Below are positions 10,787 to 21,366 of a stretch of 64,000 nucleotides of DNA, one piece after another. A program made the translations under genes and the position numbers. The notes under the pieces are model-generated. The model saw nothing but the letters and a program-made list of their open reading frames with translations, ran no database searches and was not told where the DNA came from. The stretch spans positions 2,788 through 66,787 of the forward strand of contig CAYPQU010000003.1 in the NCBI GenBank assembly GCA_964412965.1. Reading direction: 5' to 3'. This stretch comes from an uncultured Candidatus Saccharibacteria bacterium (GTDB lineage Bacteria > Patescibacteriota > Minisyncoccia > Phycocordibacterales > UBA9973). Each line of letters starts with the position of its first letter. The stretch's first letter is position 1.

Positions 10787-10865
10787 TAAACAACTCTCGA
10801 GCTTTTATGCACTTGATTTTCTGGTTAATTTGCAAAAAAATCTCCAAGGTGTTACTAATAGTAGC

Positions 10866-13085
10866 ATGACTAAGAAGTTACTTATTGTAGAGTCACCTTC
10901 AAAAGCTAAGACGATAGAAAAATACCTAGACGGAGAATACACAGTTCGAGCTTCTGTTGGACACATCAGAGATTTGCCAAAATCAAACAAAAACGCCATT
11001 AATATAGAAAATGGTTTTGTTCCTAATTATGAAATTTCAAAGGGTAAAGAAAAAGTGGTTTACGAACTAAAAACTCTTGCCGAAAAAGCCGACGAGGTGA
11101 TGCTTGCAACAGACCCTGACCGAGAAGGAGAAGCTATTTCTTGGCACCTAAAAGACATTTTAGATACTGATAAAAAAATTAAAGCTCCAATCAAAAGAGT
11201 AGCCTTTCATGAAATTACAAAAGAAGCTATTATAGAAGCTTTACAAAACCCTCGTGATATTGACTTAAATCTAGTTAAAGCACAGGAAGCAAGACGCGTT
11301 CTCGACAGATTAGTTGGATATGATTTGTCTGGGATAATTTGGAAAAAAGTTAGATATGGTTTGTCCGCGGGAAGAGTTCAATCCCCTGCCCTCCGAATCA
11401 TCATGGAAAGAGAAAGGGAAATTAGAGCTTTTATCCCTGAAAAGTATTGGACAATTGAAGGAATTTTTAATCTAAATAAAAATAAAATTAAACTAACCTG
11501 TACAGAGGAACCTCGAGACGAAAAAATCGTAAAAGAAATCTTATCTCTAGGTCAAAAAGAAAAATGGATTATTACTGACATCAAATCCTCTGAACAAAAG
11601 AGACAGCCTAGACCTCCATTTACCACATCCACTTTGCAACAAACCGCAAGCACTAGACTCGGATTCTCTCCTTCTAGAACAATGCAAATTGCACAAAGAT
11701 TGTACGAAGCTGGTCTTATTACCTACATGCGTACCGACAGTACCAATCTAAGCACACAAGCACAAAATCAAATCATTTCGCTCGTTGAAAAAAAATATGG
11801 AAAAGAATATGCCGAAAAGCATTTCTATAAAGCTAAATCTAAAAATGCCCAGGAAGCTCACGAAGCTATCAGACCTACTCACATTGATAACATGTCAGTC
11901 GGAGCTACCGAAGAACAGAAGAAGCTCTATAGACTTATCTGGGAAAGAGCAGTCTCTTCTCAAATGACAGATGCTAAACTTTTAAAATCAAAAATCGTAG
12001 CCAATATAGAACATGGCCAAATACCTGACTTTACAGCTAATGGATCAAAGATTTTATTCCCCGGATGGCTTGCTTGCGACAGTGACGCAAGCGGTGATGA
12101 TATCATACTTCCTGAAGTAAAAAAGGGGCAGGCAATTGACCTTATTGAAATCAGCGAAAATGAAAAATCTACCGAACCACCAAATAGATACACCGAGGCT
12201 GGACTAGTCAAAGAACTAGAATCTAGAGACATAGGAAGACCTTCGACTTACGCGAGTATCATCAAAACACTAGAAGATAGAGGTTATGTAAGAAAAGAAG
12301 GACGCACTCTTTTCCCTACTGATACCGGAGATGTCGTTTCAAGTTTTCTAGAAAATAATTTCTATAACTATATTAGCGACAATTTTACCGCAGACATGGA
12401 AGACAAGTTAGACGATATCTCCAACGGCAAAAGAGATTACGTGAAAACTTTAAAAGATTTTTATGGACCGTTCTTAAGTGACATCAAAGAGAAAGAGAAA
12501 TTAGCAAAAGCTACTAACATAGAAGACGCACCCGAGAATATTAAATGCCCAAAATGTGGCGGTGACATGACTGTGAAGCTTGCCAGAAACGGCAAATTCT
12601 ATTCATGTAAAAATTATCCTGATTGCAGCGGTGCTCTCACCCTAGACGGCAAAGAACTCGAGGGTCCAAAAGAAACCGGAGAAATGTGTCCAACTTGTGG
12701 AGATAAAAAGGGTAAAAACGGTGGAGGAAAACTAGTTGTCAGAGAAGGTAGGTTTGGTTCGTTTATCTCGTGTTCTCGTTACCCTAAATGTAAATTTATT
12801 AAACAAGATGAAGAAGAATTAAAAAAGAAAATGACTGAAATTACCTGCCCTGTTTGCAATAATGGAAAAATGATGGAGAGACGAGGAAGATTCGGAATTT
12901 TTTATTCATGTAGTAATTATCCTGATTGTAAAAATGCAATTAAAGCAAAACCAACTGGTAATATCTGCCCCTTCTGTGACGCCCTGATGATGAATGGCAC
13001 AAAAACTATTCCCGAAAGATGTAGTAATAACAAGTGTCCAAATCATCGACCAGATAAGCTTGAAAAAGAAAAAAGAAGTTCTTAA
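10866..13085 (+). CDS. topA: DNA topoisomerase I
   Basis: IVESPSKAKT, DPDREGE, SAGRVQS, ITYMRTDS, C-terminal zinc ribbons. Confidence 0.97.
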   Translation: MTKKLLIVESPSKAKTIEKYLDGEYTVRASVGHIRDLPKSNKNAINIENGFVPNYEISKGKEKVVYELKTLAEKADEVMLATDPDREGEAISWHLKDILDTDKKIKAPIKRVAFHEITKEAIIEALQNPRDIDLNLVKAQEARRVLDRLVGYDLSGIIWKKVRYGLSAGRVQSPALRIIMEREREIRAFIPEKYWTIEGIFNLNKNKIKLTCTEEPRDEKIVKEILSLGQKEKWIITDIKSSEQKRQPRPPFTTSTLQQTASTRLGFSPSRTMQIAQRLYEAGLITYMRTDSTNLSTQAQNQIISLVEKKYGKEYAEKHFYKAKSKNAQEAHEAIRPTHIDNMSVGATEEQKKLYRLIWERAVSSQMTDAKLLKSKIVANIEHGQIPDFTANGSKILFPGWLACDSDASGDDIILPEVKKGQAIDLIEISENEKSTEPPNRYTEAGLVKELESRDIGRPSTYASIIKTLEDRGYVRKEGRTLFPTDTGDVVSSFLENNFYNYISDNFTADMEDKLDDISNGKRDYVKTLKDFYGPFLSDIKEKEKLAKATNIEDAPENIKCPKCGGDMTVKLARNGKFYSCKNYPDCSGALTLDGKELEGPKETGEMCPTCGDKKGKNGGGKLVVREGRFGSFISCSRYPKCKFIKQDEEELKKKMTEITCPVCNNGKMMERRGRFGIFYSCSNYPDCKNAIKAKPTGNICPFCDALMMNGTKTIPERCSNNKCPNHRPDKLEKEKRSS

Positions 13086-13298
13086 ACTTCTTTAAGAACT
13101 TAAGTTTTTGTGAGGCGCAGTGATGTTTGCCGAGCACGGCAAACCACGAGCCGGGGTCGCAAAAATTTCGAGCGACGGCGAGAAATTATTTGTGACCAAA
13201 AACTATTCCCGAAAGATGTAGTAATAACAAGTGTCCAAATCATCGACCAGATAAGCTTAAAAAAGAAAAAAGAAGTTCTTAAACTTCTTTAAGAACTT
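13000..13298. repeat. 102-bp direct repeat of the topA 3' end flanking a 95-bp hairpin-rich insert
   Basis: 13000-13101 equals 13197-13298 with one mismatch; insert has GTTTGCCG-AGCA-CGGCAAAC and GGTCGCAAA..TTTGTGACC stems. Confidence 0.9.
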
Positions 13299-13361
13299 GA
13301 TAAAAAAAACTCCTAATTTAATACAGAACTTTAGAATAAAATAATAAAGTTTTTGAAATAC

Positions 13362-14825
13362 ATGATTCCCAAAATGGAAGATCTTTTGTCTATAATAAAA
13401 ATAGAATCAAAAGAAGATGAAAATCTCATAAGAAAATCTTACAATTTAGCTGAAAAAGCTCACGCTGGGCAAAAAAGAAAAAGCGGAGAGCCATACCTAA
13501 CTCACCCAGCTAATGTGGCAAAAATTCTCGCAGAACTCGGTTTGCCTCCGTTGGTGATAGCCACCGGGCTTGTTCACGATGTGCTGGAAGAAACTAAATA
13601 TACAAAAGAAAATATCTCAGAAATGCTAGGAAAAGAAATTGCAGACTTGTCGGAAAAAGTAGTGAGGTTGGGAAATATAAAATACAGAGGAACAGAAAAA
13701 AATATTGAAAACCTAAGAAAATTCTTTATTTATGAAACCGGCGATTTAAGAGCGCTAATTGTTAGACTAGCTGATAGATTACACAACGTTGAAACACTAG
13801 AATATATAGATAAAAACAAACAAAAAAGGATAGCTTTGGAAACACTTGAAATATATGCTAATTTAGCAAACCGACTATCTATGGGTCAATTGAAAAGTCG
13901 ATTAGAGGATGCTTCTTTTAAGTATGCATATCCAGAAGAATATCAAAAGATAAAAGACTCCCTTGATAAAAAGAAAGACGTTGGCAGAGAGCATTTGATC
14001 GAAACCAAATCTAAACTAGAACAGATGATTCGAGAAGCTAAAATAAAGAATTTTACAATAGATTCTCGTCAAAAACATTTATATTCTTTGTGGAACAAAT
14101 TAAATAAATACGACCTTACCATTAATAACATCTATGACATCATTGCAATTAGAGTAATCGTGGAAACAGTAGAAGATTGTTATAAGGTCCTGGGATTAAT
14201 ACACGGACAGTGGAGGCCAATGATGAACAGGATCAGGGATTATATCGCTTCTCCCAAATCAAATGGATATCAAAGTATTCACACAATTATATACACCAAT
14301 TCGGGAGGAATAGTCGAAATACAAATAAGAACAAAGGATATGCATGTCAGAGCCGAAAACGGGATAGCAGCTCATTTCGCCTACAAAGAGAAGGGTGGGG
14401 CTGAAAAATCTTTATTGAAAAATGCGGAGTGGTCTCACCAACTTCATGAACTTAATTTATCAAAAAATTACAGAGAAAATTTTAGTCAAAAAATCGAACT
14501 TGATTTTTTTAAAGATAGAATTTTTATCTTCACTCCAAAAGGAGATATTGTTGATCTTCCAAAAGATTCTTGTGTTATAGATTTTGCATATGCGATCCAC
14601 ACTAGCGTCGGAGATCATGCTCTGAGCGGTGTTGTTAATGGTAAAAACTCGTCTTTAAATACTATATTAAAAACGAACGATATTGTAGAAATTAAAACCA
14701 ACAAGAACGGTAGACCTTCCCGTAAATGGCTAGAGTTTGCTAAAACAAATCTAGCTAAAAAACATATTAATAGCTACTTAAAAGAAAACAGTCTTTTAAA
14801 CAAATATGCTTCTTTTGGTAAATAA
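13362..14825 (+). CDS. relA: RelA/SpoT family (p)ppGpp synthetase/hydrolase (HD+SYNTH+TGS, no ACT domain)
   Basis: HAGQKRKSGEPY, HD, ADRLHN, GYQSIHT, EIQIRT, FTPKG, DFAYAIHT motifs. Confidence 0.92.
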   Translation: MIPKMEDLLSIIKIESKEDENLIRKSYNLAEKAHAGQKRKSGEPYLTHPANVAKILAELGLPPLVIATGLVHDVLEETKYTKENISEMLGKEIADLSEKVVRLGNIKYRGTEKNIENLRKFFIYETGDLRALIVRLADRLHNVETLEYIDKNKQKRIALETLEIYANLANRLSMGQLKSRLEDASFKYAYPEEYQKIKDSLDKKKDVGREHLIETKSKLEQMIREAKIKNFTIDSRQKHLYSLWNKLNKYDLTINNIYDIIAIRVIVETVEDCYKVLGLIHGQWRPMMNRIRDYIASPKSNGYQSIHTIIYTNSGGIVEIQIRTKDMHVRAENGIAAHFAYKEKGGAEKSLLKNAEWSHQLHELNLSKNYRENFSQKIELDFFKDRIFIFTPKGDIVDLPKDSCVIDFAYAIHTSVGDHALSGVVNGKNSSLNTILKTNDIVEIKTNKNGRPSRKWLEFAKTNLAKKHINSYLKENSLLNKYASFGK

Positions 14826-14858
14826 AAACCCACAGTTTAAAACTGTGGGTTTTTATTT
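14820..14858. terminator. bidirectional terminator between relA and parB
   Basis: AAATAAAAACCCACAG..CTGTGGGTTTTTATTT between convergent genes. Confidence 0.8.
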
Positions 14859-15870
14859 AAATTGAGAAATTTTTAATATTATATAAATCAATATCTTCCT
14901 CTGTCTTTTTGACTTCTTCGTCTGTTCTATCGTCTATTAAATGTATATCATCTTCTTCATCTTGTTTTTCTTGTTTCAAAGAATCATTCTTTTCTGTTTG
15001 TGTATTAGAAATAAATTTATCAAGCATTTCTGTCGGGTTACGAATTTCATTATTTTTTATAATTCCTAATATGGTGTATAGATCTTCGTTGGTAAAAAAG
15101 TCGATAGTGATATATCCCCCATTTTCTTTTTTTTCAATATGAACTCTTGTTCCAAGAGATTCCTGCAATTTTTCTTCCATTTCTGCAATCTCTGGGTCTA
15201 TCAAATATTCTTTCTTTCGCACTCTATCATAAGCAATTCTTCGAGCCGCTTTTTCGGCATCTCGGACCGTCATTTTCTTAAAAACAATTTCTTTGAACAA
15301 AACTGTTTGTTCTTCTGGCCTATCTGTCAACATTAAAATCGGCCTTGTATGACCTTCGCTAATTTTTCCTTCTGATAATGCGTCTAATATTTCTTGAGGC
15401 AAAGCGAGGAGACGTAATGTGTTTGAGACATATTCTCGGCTCTTTCCTACTTTTTGCCCGACTTGTGCATGGGTAAATTTAAATTCTTCTACTAACCTCA
15501 TAAAAGCTCTAGCTCTTTCTACTGCATTTAAATCTTCTCTTTGCAAGTTCTCTATTATAGCTAGTTCTAGCTTCGCCATATTGTCATCACCCACCCGGAT
15601 AATCACCGGTATCTCTTTGAGCCCGGCTATTTTAGAAGCTCGCAACCTTCGTTCTCCTGCGATAAGTTCGTATTCTACAGACATTCCTCCGTCCTCTTTT
15701 GTCATTTCTATCCTCGAGACAACCAGGGGTTGCAATACTCCATATTGACGAATTGAATCTGCTAAATCTTTTAAGCGATCCTGATCAAACTCTCGTCGAG
15801 GCTGAAAAGGATTTGGTTTTATTTTTTCTATATCTACCCAAAAAATTGAATTATTATAAAGCTGTGACAT
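14857..15870 (-). CDS. parB: ParB/Spo0J partition protein
   Basis: PNPFQPR, GERRLRA, IENLQREDL, HTH (GKSREYVSNTLRLL). Confidence 0.95.
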   Translation of the reverse strand: MSQLYNNSIFWVDIEKIKPNPFQPRREFDQDRLKDLADSIRQYGVLQPLVVSRIEMTKEDGGMSVEYELIAGERRLRASKIAGLKEIPVIIRVGDDNMAKLELAIIENLQREDLNAVERARAFMRLVEEFKFTHAQVGQKVGKSREYVSNTLRLLALPQEILDALSEGKISEGHTRPILMLTDRPEEQTVLFKEIVFKKMTVRDAEKAARRIAYDRVRKKEYLIDPEIAEMEEKLQESLGTRVHIEKKENGGYITIDFFTNEDLYTILGIIKNNEIRNPTEMLDKFISNTQTEKNDSLKQEKQDEEDDIHLIDDRTDEEVKKTEEDIDLYNIKNFSI

Positions 15871-16073
15871 GCTTTTATTTTATCACAATTTAAGACTATT
15901 GAAAAATAAATAATAATTGTGTATACTCGATTAGCAGATAAACAATCTGCTAAAATATGTATTTAAAATATGCGTCGGTGGCCCTAAATGTCTAAAGATA
16001 ACAGGGCGCACAAGTGCAAGGGTAATATTTTCAATATTAGTTTATTTTAAAGTTGGTTAAAGTTTTACAATAT

Positions 16074-16156
16074 GCGTCGGTGGCAGAGTGGTCAATTGCA
16101 TTTGACTGTAAATCAAACGCCTTCGGGCTACGGGGGTTCGAATCCCTCCCGGCGCA
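16074..16156 (+). tRNA. tRNA-Tyr(GTA)
   Basis: Acceptor GCGTCGG/CCGGCGC, anticodon arm TTTGA-CTGTAAA-TCAAA, long variable arm, GGTTCGAATCC; CCA not encoded. Confidence 0.93.
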
Positions 16157-16198
16157 CTATATTAAAAAACAAGGACAGTATCCTTGTTTTTTAATATT

Positions 16199-18868
16199 TT
16201 ATTTACTCTTAGAAACAACCTTTTTCTTCTTTTTATTTTCTACTGCTATTTCTTTATTTTTAACAAACACCGAAACAGTATCTCCTTTCTTTATTCCTTT
16301 GGTTATGATAAGCATCGCTATTGGATTAAGAATTTTTTCTTGTATCAGGCGAGACAACGGCCTTGCTCCAAAATGAGGATCATATCCTTCCTTAGACAAT
16401 AAATCCAGAGATTCGTTTGTAATATCTATCAAAATTCCTTTTTCTAGCAATCTCTTTTCAATTATTTTAATTTTCAAATCCACTATTTGTCTTATCGCTT
16501 CCTCGTTCAATATATCAAAGACGATAACATCATCAAGTCTGTTTAGGAATTCTGGTTTGAAGAAATCTCGGAGGGCACCCATGACTTTATCTTTGGTTAA
16601 CTCATATTCTTCAGTAGCCTCTTTGTTACTAAAGCCAAATGATTCCATTTTTTGAATCAAGTTAGAGCCAAGGTTAGAGGTTAAAATTATAACAGTGTTT
16701 TTAAAGTTAATTACTCTTCCTTTGCCATCAGTTAACCGTCCATCATCGAGAACTTGCAACAGCACATTTAGCACTTCTGGGTGAGCTTTTTCTACCTCAT
16801 CAAATAATACTACAGAATAAGGTCTGTGTTTTACCGCCTCAGTCAAACTTCCTGATTCGTCATATCCGACGTATCCTGGAGGAGAACCGATGAGCTTAGA
16901 TACGCTATGCCTTTCTCCATATTCACTCATATCTACTCGAATTAGCGCTTTGTCATCATTAAACATAAATTCAGCCAAGGCTTTTGTTAATTCGGTTTTT
17001 CCAACTCCCGTAGGACCTAGGAATATAAATGAACCAATTGGTTTATTAGGATCTCCTATGCCAGCCCTGTTACGTCTCACCACATCAGAAATCTTCTTTA
17101 TAGCTTCATCTTGTCCGATTACCCTCCTGTGTAATTCGTTTTCCATGTGAGCCAATTTTTCCATTTCTTCTTCTAACATTTTTTGCAATGGAATTCCAGT
17201 CCACCTAGAAACAACAGATGCGACATCTTCTTCAGTTATCTCTTCTTTTAAAATCCTTCGAGATTTTTGTAATTTTTTTAGACGAGATAATTTTTGATCT
17301 AATTTATTTTGCAAGTCTGGAATTTGACCATATCGAATTTCTGCGGCCCTGCTTAGATCGGCTCGCATTTCTGCATTTTCAGCTTCTATTCTTAGAGACT
17401 CTAGTTCTTTTTTGATATTTCTTATCTCCGATACGGTTTCTTTTTCGTTTTTCCATTTTAACTCTAACTCGTATGTCTTTTCTTTAAGATTTGCAATCTC
17501 TTTTTCTATATCTTTCAATCGAGATTTTTGTACTTTATAATTACCTCCTCCTTTGTCTCGTTCTATCTCTTTTGTTAAAGCTTGTTTCTCTACTTCGAAG
17601 CGCATTATTTTTCTATCTGTGTCTTCTAGAATTTCAGGTTTATTTTCTAGCGCTAATCGCAACGATGAAGATGCTTCATCAATCAAATCAACCGCTTTAT
17701 CTGGAAGAAATCTGTTTGTTATATATCTTGCACTTAGGTTTACAGCTGAAATTATTGCATCATCCGTTATTCTAATTCCATGAAATAATTCATATTTTTC
17801 TTTTAACCCACGAAGAATGGCAATTGCATCTTCAATGTTTGGTTCATCTATATAAACAGGCTGAAATCTTCTAGCCAAAGCTGGGTCCTTTTCAATATAT
17901 TTCTGATATTCTTTTAACGTGGTTGCACCTATAGCTCGAAGTTCTCCTCTAGCCAATGCGGGCTTTAACATGTTAGACGCATCAAGAGACCCTTCAGACG
18001 AACCCGCGCCGACGATGGTGTGAATCTCGTCGATAAACAAAATGATTTGTCCGCTTGTTTTTTCAATCTCTTTCATTATTCCTCGTAATCTTTCTTCAAA
18101 TTCTCCTCTGTATTTAGTTCCCGACAAAAGAAGGCCTAGGTCCAAAGAAACAACCTCTTTATCTTTTAGGCTTTCTGGCACATCATTTTTTGCAATTCTT
18201 ATCGCCAATGCTTCTGCCACAGCGGTCTTTCCTGTTCCGGCCTCTCCGATAAGTATCGGATTATTTTTAGTTCGCCTAGATAATATTTGCATCATCCGCA
18301 TGATTTCAGTATCTCTACCGATTACAGGGTCGAGTTTGTCTTCTCTTGCAAGCTGGGTGAGATTTCTAGTGAACTTTGCTAAAAGTTTTGGCTTCTTAGA
18401 AATATTCATGTCATTAATATTTTCGTTTCTAAGTTGTTTTAAAACTTCTATGACCTTGTTCTTGTCTATTTTAAATCTTAGAAGTAAATCTCGAGCCTCT
18501 CCGGGGATATCTAGGAGTGAAACGAACAAGTGTTCAGTTGAAACAAATTCATCCTTTAATGAAACAGCAACCTTAGTAGAATTTTCTATTATCTGTGCGA
18601 GGTCTGGCGTAAGATAAATTTGGAAAGATGGAGATATTGTATTTCTACTTTCTGGAGATTCAATCATTTCGATAAGATTATCTGTTAAAAGGATGGTGTC
18701 AATATCCATTTTGTCTAAAATAGAAACTATCAAAGAATTCTCTTGGACCACAAGAGCAGTTAAAAGGTGGAGAGAATTAACATGATTTTGCCCTCTTTCG
18801 ACAGCAAGTTCATGTGATTTCCTAATCACCTCTTTAGCTTTAGTTGTAAAATTATTGAATGGTGGCAT
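16199..18868 (-). CDS. clpB: ATP-dependent chaperone ClpB
   Basis: Two AAA modules ([16 protein letters not shown]), KYRGEFEER, long middle coiled coil. Confidence 0.93.
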   Translation of the reverse strand: MPPFNNFTTKAKEVIRKSHELAVERGQNHVNSLHLLTALVVQENSLIVSILDKMDIDTILLTDNLIEMIESPESRNTISPSFQIYLTPDLAQIIENSTKVAVSLKDEFVSTEHLFVSLLDIPGEARDLLLRFKIDKNKVIEVLKQLRNENINDMNISKKPKLLAKFTRNLTQLAREDKLDPVIGRDTEIMRMMQILSRRTKNNPILIGEAGTGKTAVAEALAIRIAKNDVPESLKDKEVVSLDLGLLLSGTKYRGEFEERLRGIMKEIEKTSGQIILFIDEIHTIVGAGSSEGSLDASNMLKPALARGELRAIGATTLKEYQKYIEKDPALARRFQPVYIDEPNIEDAIAILRGLKEKYELFHGIRITDDAIISAVNLSARYITNRFLPDKAVDLIDEASSSLRLALENKPEILEDTDRKIMRFEVEKQALTKEIERDKGGGNYKVQKSRLKDIEKEIANLKEKTYELELKWKNEKETVSEIRNIKKELESLRIEAENAEMRADLSRAAEIRYGQIPDLQNKLDQKLSRLKKLQKSRRILKEEITEEDVASVVSRWTGIPLQKMLEEEMEKLAHMENELHRRVIGQDEAIKKISDVVRRNRAGIGDPNKPIGSFIFLGPTGVGKTELTKALAEFMFNDDKALIRVDMSEYGERHSVSKLIGSPPGYVGYDESGSLTEAVKHRPYSVVLFDEVEKAHPEVLNVLLQVLDDGRLTDGKGRVINFKNTVIILTSNLGSNLIQKMESFGFSNKEATEEYELTKDKVMGALRDFFKPEFLNRLDDVIVFDILNEEAIRQIVDLKIKIIEKRLLEKGILIDITNESLDLLSKEGYDPHFGARPLSRLIQEKILNPIAMLIITKGIKKGDTVSVFVKNKEIAVENKKKKKVVSKSK

Positions 18869-18966
18869 ATTTTATATTTTTAATTATTTAATATTTGTCT
18901 TTTAAGACAAGTGTCCATAACACAATGTTAAAGCATGCAATTTTTTAATCAAAAAAGATTTTTATC

Positions 18967-19503
18967 TTATTCTGCATTCTGATTCTCTATTTCTTCTATT
19001 TCTTCTTCTAAGACGTCAGGGATTTTTTCTTCTCCTATTTTTAAAATAGTAAAACCATTATCAAAATTTTTTAGTACATAAACACCGTACATTTTTTCGC
19101 CCAAATAAACCTCATATTTTTCTTTTGCTTCAACAGTATTTGAATTTACCAAGACCAATCCTTCGTCTGAAATGATAACACCTTGTCCTATTTCTTTATC
19201 ACCCTCCAAAGAAGGACCATCTTCTGCTGTGACTGTCTCTGTCTTTTTAAAAATTGAAACCAACTGGTTACCGCTATCTATATTGAAAGAATTCTTAGAT
19301 TCATTATTGTGATTTTTTGTCTGTTCTACTGTAGTTACCTTCTCTATTGTTCTCTGAATAACATTATTTATCGTCTGAGGCACAGTAGGTGGCACTTGCT
19401 TCATCAATGAGACTGTAACTATTCCAGTACCAATCGAAACAACAAAAGTGATCAACAGGGTCAACAAAACCAATTGTTTCTTATTTAATTCGTTTATATC
19501 CAT
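18967..19503 (-). CDS. membrane-anchored protein with a degenerate trypsin/HtrA-like half domain
   Basis: N-terminal TM; GQGVIISDEGLVLVNS resembles the HtrA GSGxIISxDGxIxTNxH segment. Confidence 0.55.
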   Translation of the reverse strand: MDINELNKKQLVLLTLLITFVVSIGTGIVTVSLMKQVPPTVPQTINNVIQRTIEKVTTVEQTKNHNNESKNSFNIDSGNQLVSIFKKTETVTAEDGPSLEGDKEIGQGVIISDEGLVLVNSNTVEAKEKYEVYLGEKMYGVYVLKNFDNGFTILKIGEEKIPDVLEEEIEEIENQNAE

Positions 19504-19531
19504 ATAATTATATTATATCACAAAAATAGCC

Positions 19532-20761
19532 TTATTTCCAGTCTTTATATTTTAATAAAATTCTTGAAAACCCTGCAATTAATCTATCTATGTCTCTTTT
19601 TTTGGTTTCTCTGCCTAAGGTAATCCTTACTGAACCATAGGTTTGATTACCTTTCTTGTTAATAGCTTTTATAACATAGGAACCATTGTCATCTTCACTC
19701 TTACAAGCACTTTTTTCAGAAACATATATGCCTAGAGCAGATAATTCTATGATAATAAGTTCACTCGTCAGATCTTCGATTGTAATATTTATGTTATTGG
19801 GAAGCCTTTTGTCTAAGTCTCCGTTTAATTTAATATTAAATGGATATTTTTGAGCCAATTCCAAAATTTTTTCAATTCCATAATTTCTCAACTTCTCCAA
19901 CCTAACGTTCTCTCTTTCTTTTATTTTATTAGTTATCTTGAGTGCAAGACTTAAACTTTTGATCAAAGAAACGCTTTCTGTACCTGATCTCAAGCCAAAC
20001 TCTTGTCCTCCACCACCATAGATCATTTCAATATCTATGTTCCTCTTTTTTACTAAAACTCCCACACCCTTAGGCCCGTAAATCTTTGAACTATTAAATG
20101 TCATTAAATCAACCCCAAGCTTGTCTATGTTTTCTGTAAATAAATAATTCATAGCTTGACATGCATCAGAATGAAAAACCGGATAAGTCATATTGTTAAG
20201 TGAAATACAAGTTTTTTCTTTTTTGTATTTTCTGATAATTTTAGCAATTTCCTCTATTGGTTGTATGGTTCCTATTTCGTTATTTGCATACATTATTGAC
20301 ACTAAAATTGTATTTTCTCTTAAAGATTCTTTTAAAATTTTCAAATCTATTATCCCATTTTGAAGGACTGGAACATAAGAAACTTCCACAATCTTTTTAT
20401 TTTCTAAAAGCTTTATGTTCTCTAAAACAGCAGGGTGCTCTATTACAGAAGTAATAACATGTGGCACCTTATCGGGAAAATTAGTTTTAAAAAAATTAAT
20501 TGTTCCCATAACAGCCAGAGCGTCACTTTCTGTTCCACTTCCGGTAAAAATAATCTCATTAGAATGCACATTTAATCTTTTTGCAATTTTAGATCTTGAT
20601 TTATTGATAGTTTCTCTTGTCTCTAAACCTGTTTTGTATATAGAACTAGCGTTAGAATAATATTTTTTTTCATATTTAGTAAGAACTTTTAAAACACGAG
20701 CATCAATGGGGGTTGCGCTTGCATAATCCAAATATACATCTTTTTGTTTCCAAAACTTCAT
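19532..20761 (-). CDS. iscS: cysteine desulfurase (IscS/NifS family)
   Basis: YLDYASATP, FTGSGTES, NNEIGTIQP, KIYGPKG, SAC; start at 20761 supported by an extended -10 6 nt upstream. Confidence 0.9.
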   Translation of the reverse strand: MKFWKQKDVYLDYASATPIDARVLKVLTKYEKKYYSNASSIYKTGLETRETINKSRSKIAKRLNVHSNEIIFTGSGTESDALAVMGTINFFKTNFPDKVPHVITSVIEHPAVLENIKLLENKKIVEVSYVPVLQNGIIDLKILKESLRENTILVSIMYANNEIGTIQPIEEIAKIIRKYKKEKTCISLNNMTYPVFHSDACQAMNYLFTENIDKLGVDLMTFNSSKIYGPKGVGVLVKKRNIDIEMIYGGGGQEFGLRSGTESVSLIKSLSLALKITNKIKERENVRLEKLRNYGIEKILELAQKYPFNIKLNGDLDKRLPNNINITIEDLTSELIIIELSALGIYVSEKSACKSEDDNGSYVIKAINKKGNQTYGSVRITLGRETKKRDIDRLIAGFSRILLKYKDWK

Positions 20762-20825
20762 TTTTATATGATACCACACTTATGGGATTGTAAAAAAAGC
20801 TTTATTGTTATATACTCTTCTTGTT

Positions 20826-21272
20826 ATGAGTACCACTATCTTATTTTATGTCATTTCAATAATTGTGTTGATAATACTTTCTTGGGTATTAATTATAGAG
20901 ATTAGACTAAAAAGGATTTTTGCTGGTATCAAAGCAAAAAATCTAGAAGAGGCCATCGTGGTTGCCGGGAAAAAACTAAAAGAACTAGAGGAAACACAGG
21001 CCAAAATAGATAAACACTTAACAGTAATAGATGAGAGGTTGAACAAATCTATTAGAAGTGTTGAGACATTGAGATTTAATCCATTTGTAGAGGCTGGAGG
21101 GAACCAGAGTTTTGCTATCGCATTTCTAAATGACGAAGGTAATGGGGTTATACTTTCCAGTCTTTACGCCAGAGATAGAATGAGCGTATTTGCAAAACCT
21201 ATCAACGGAGGTAAATCTGCTTTCGAATTAACAGATGAAGAGAAAGCTGTCTTGAACAAAGCTAAAAAATAA
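20826..21272 (+). CDS. DUF4446-like membrane-anchored protein
   Basis: TM, coiled coil, RFNPF..GGNQSFAIA..GNGVILSSLY..LTDEE pattern. Confidence 0.8.
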   Translation: MSTTILFYVISIIVLIILSWVLIIEIRLKRIFAGIKAKNLEEAIVVAGKKLKELEETQAKIDKHLTVIDERLNKSIRSVETLRFNPFVEAGGNQSFAIAFLNDEGNGVILSSLYARDRMSVFAKPINGGKSAFELTDEEKAVLNKAKK

Positions 21273-21366
21273 ATAAATTATTTCAGCAGAAAATAAATTT
21301 TTATTTATCTTAGATAAAAAATCTTAGATAAAATTTTGTTTTCTGAGAAAATAATAACTAAACATT

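Noticed and set aside
13110-13292. 60-aa ORF after topA
   Set aside because: Made of a palindromic insert plus an out-of-frame duplicate of the topA 3' end
16053-16402. Plus-strand ORFs of 107 and 72 aa
   Set aside because: They overlap tRNA-Tyr and/or lie antisense to clpB
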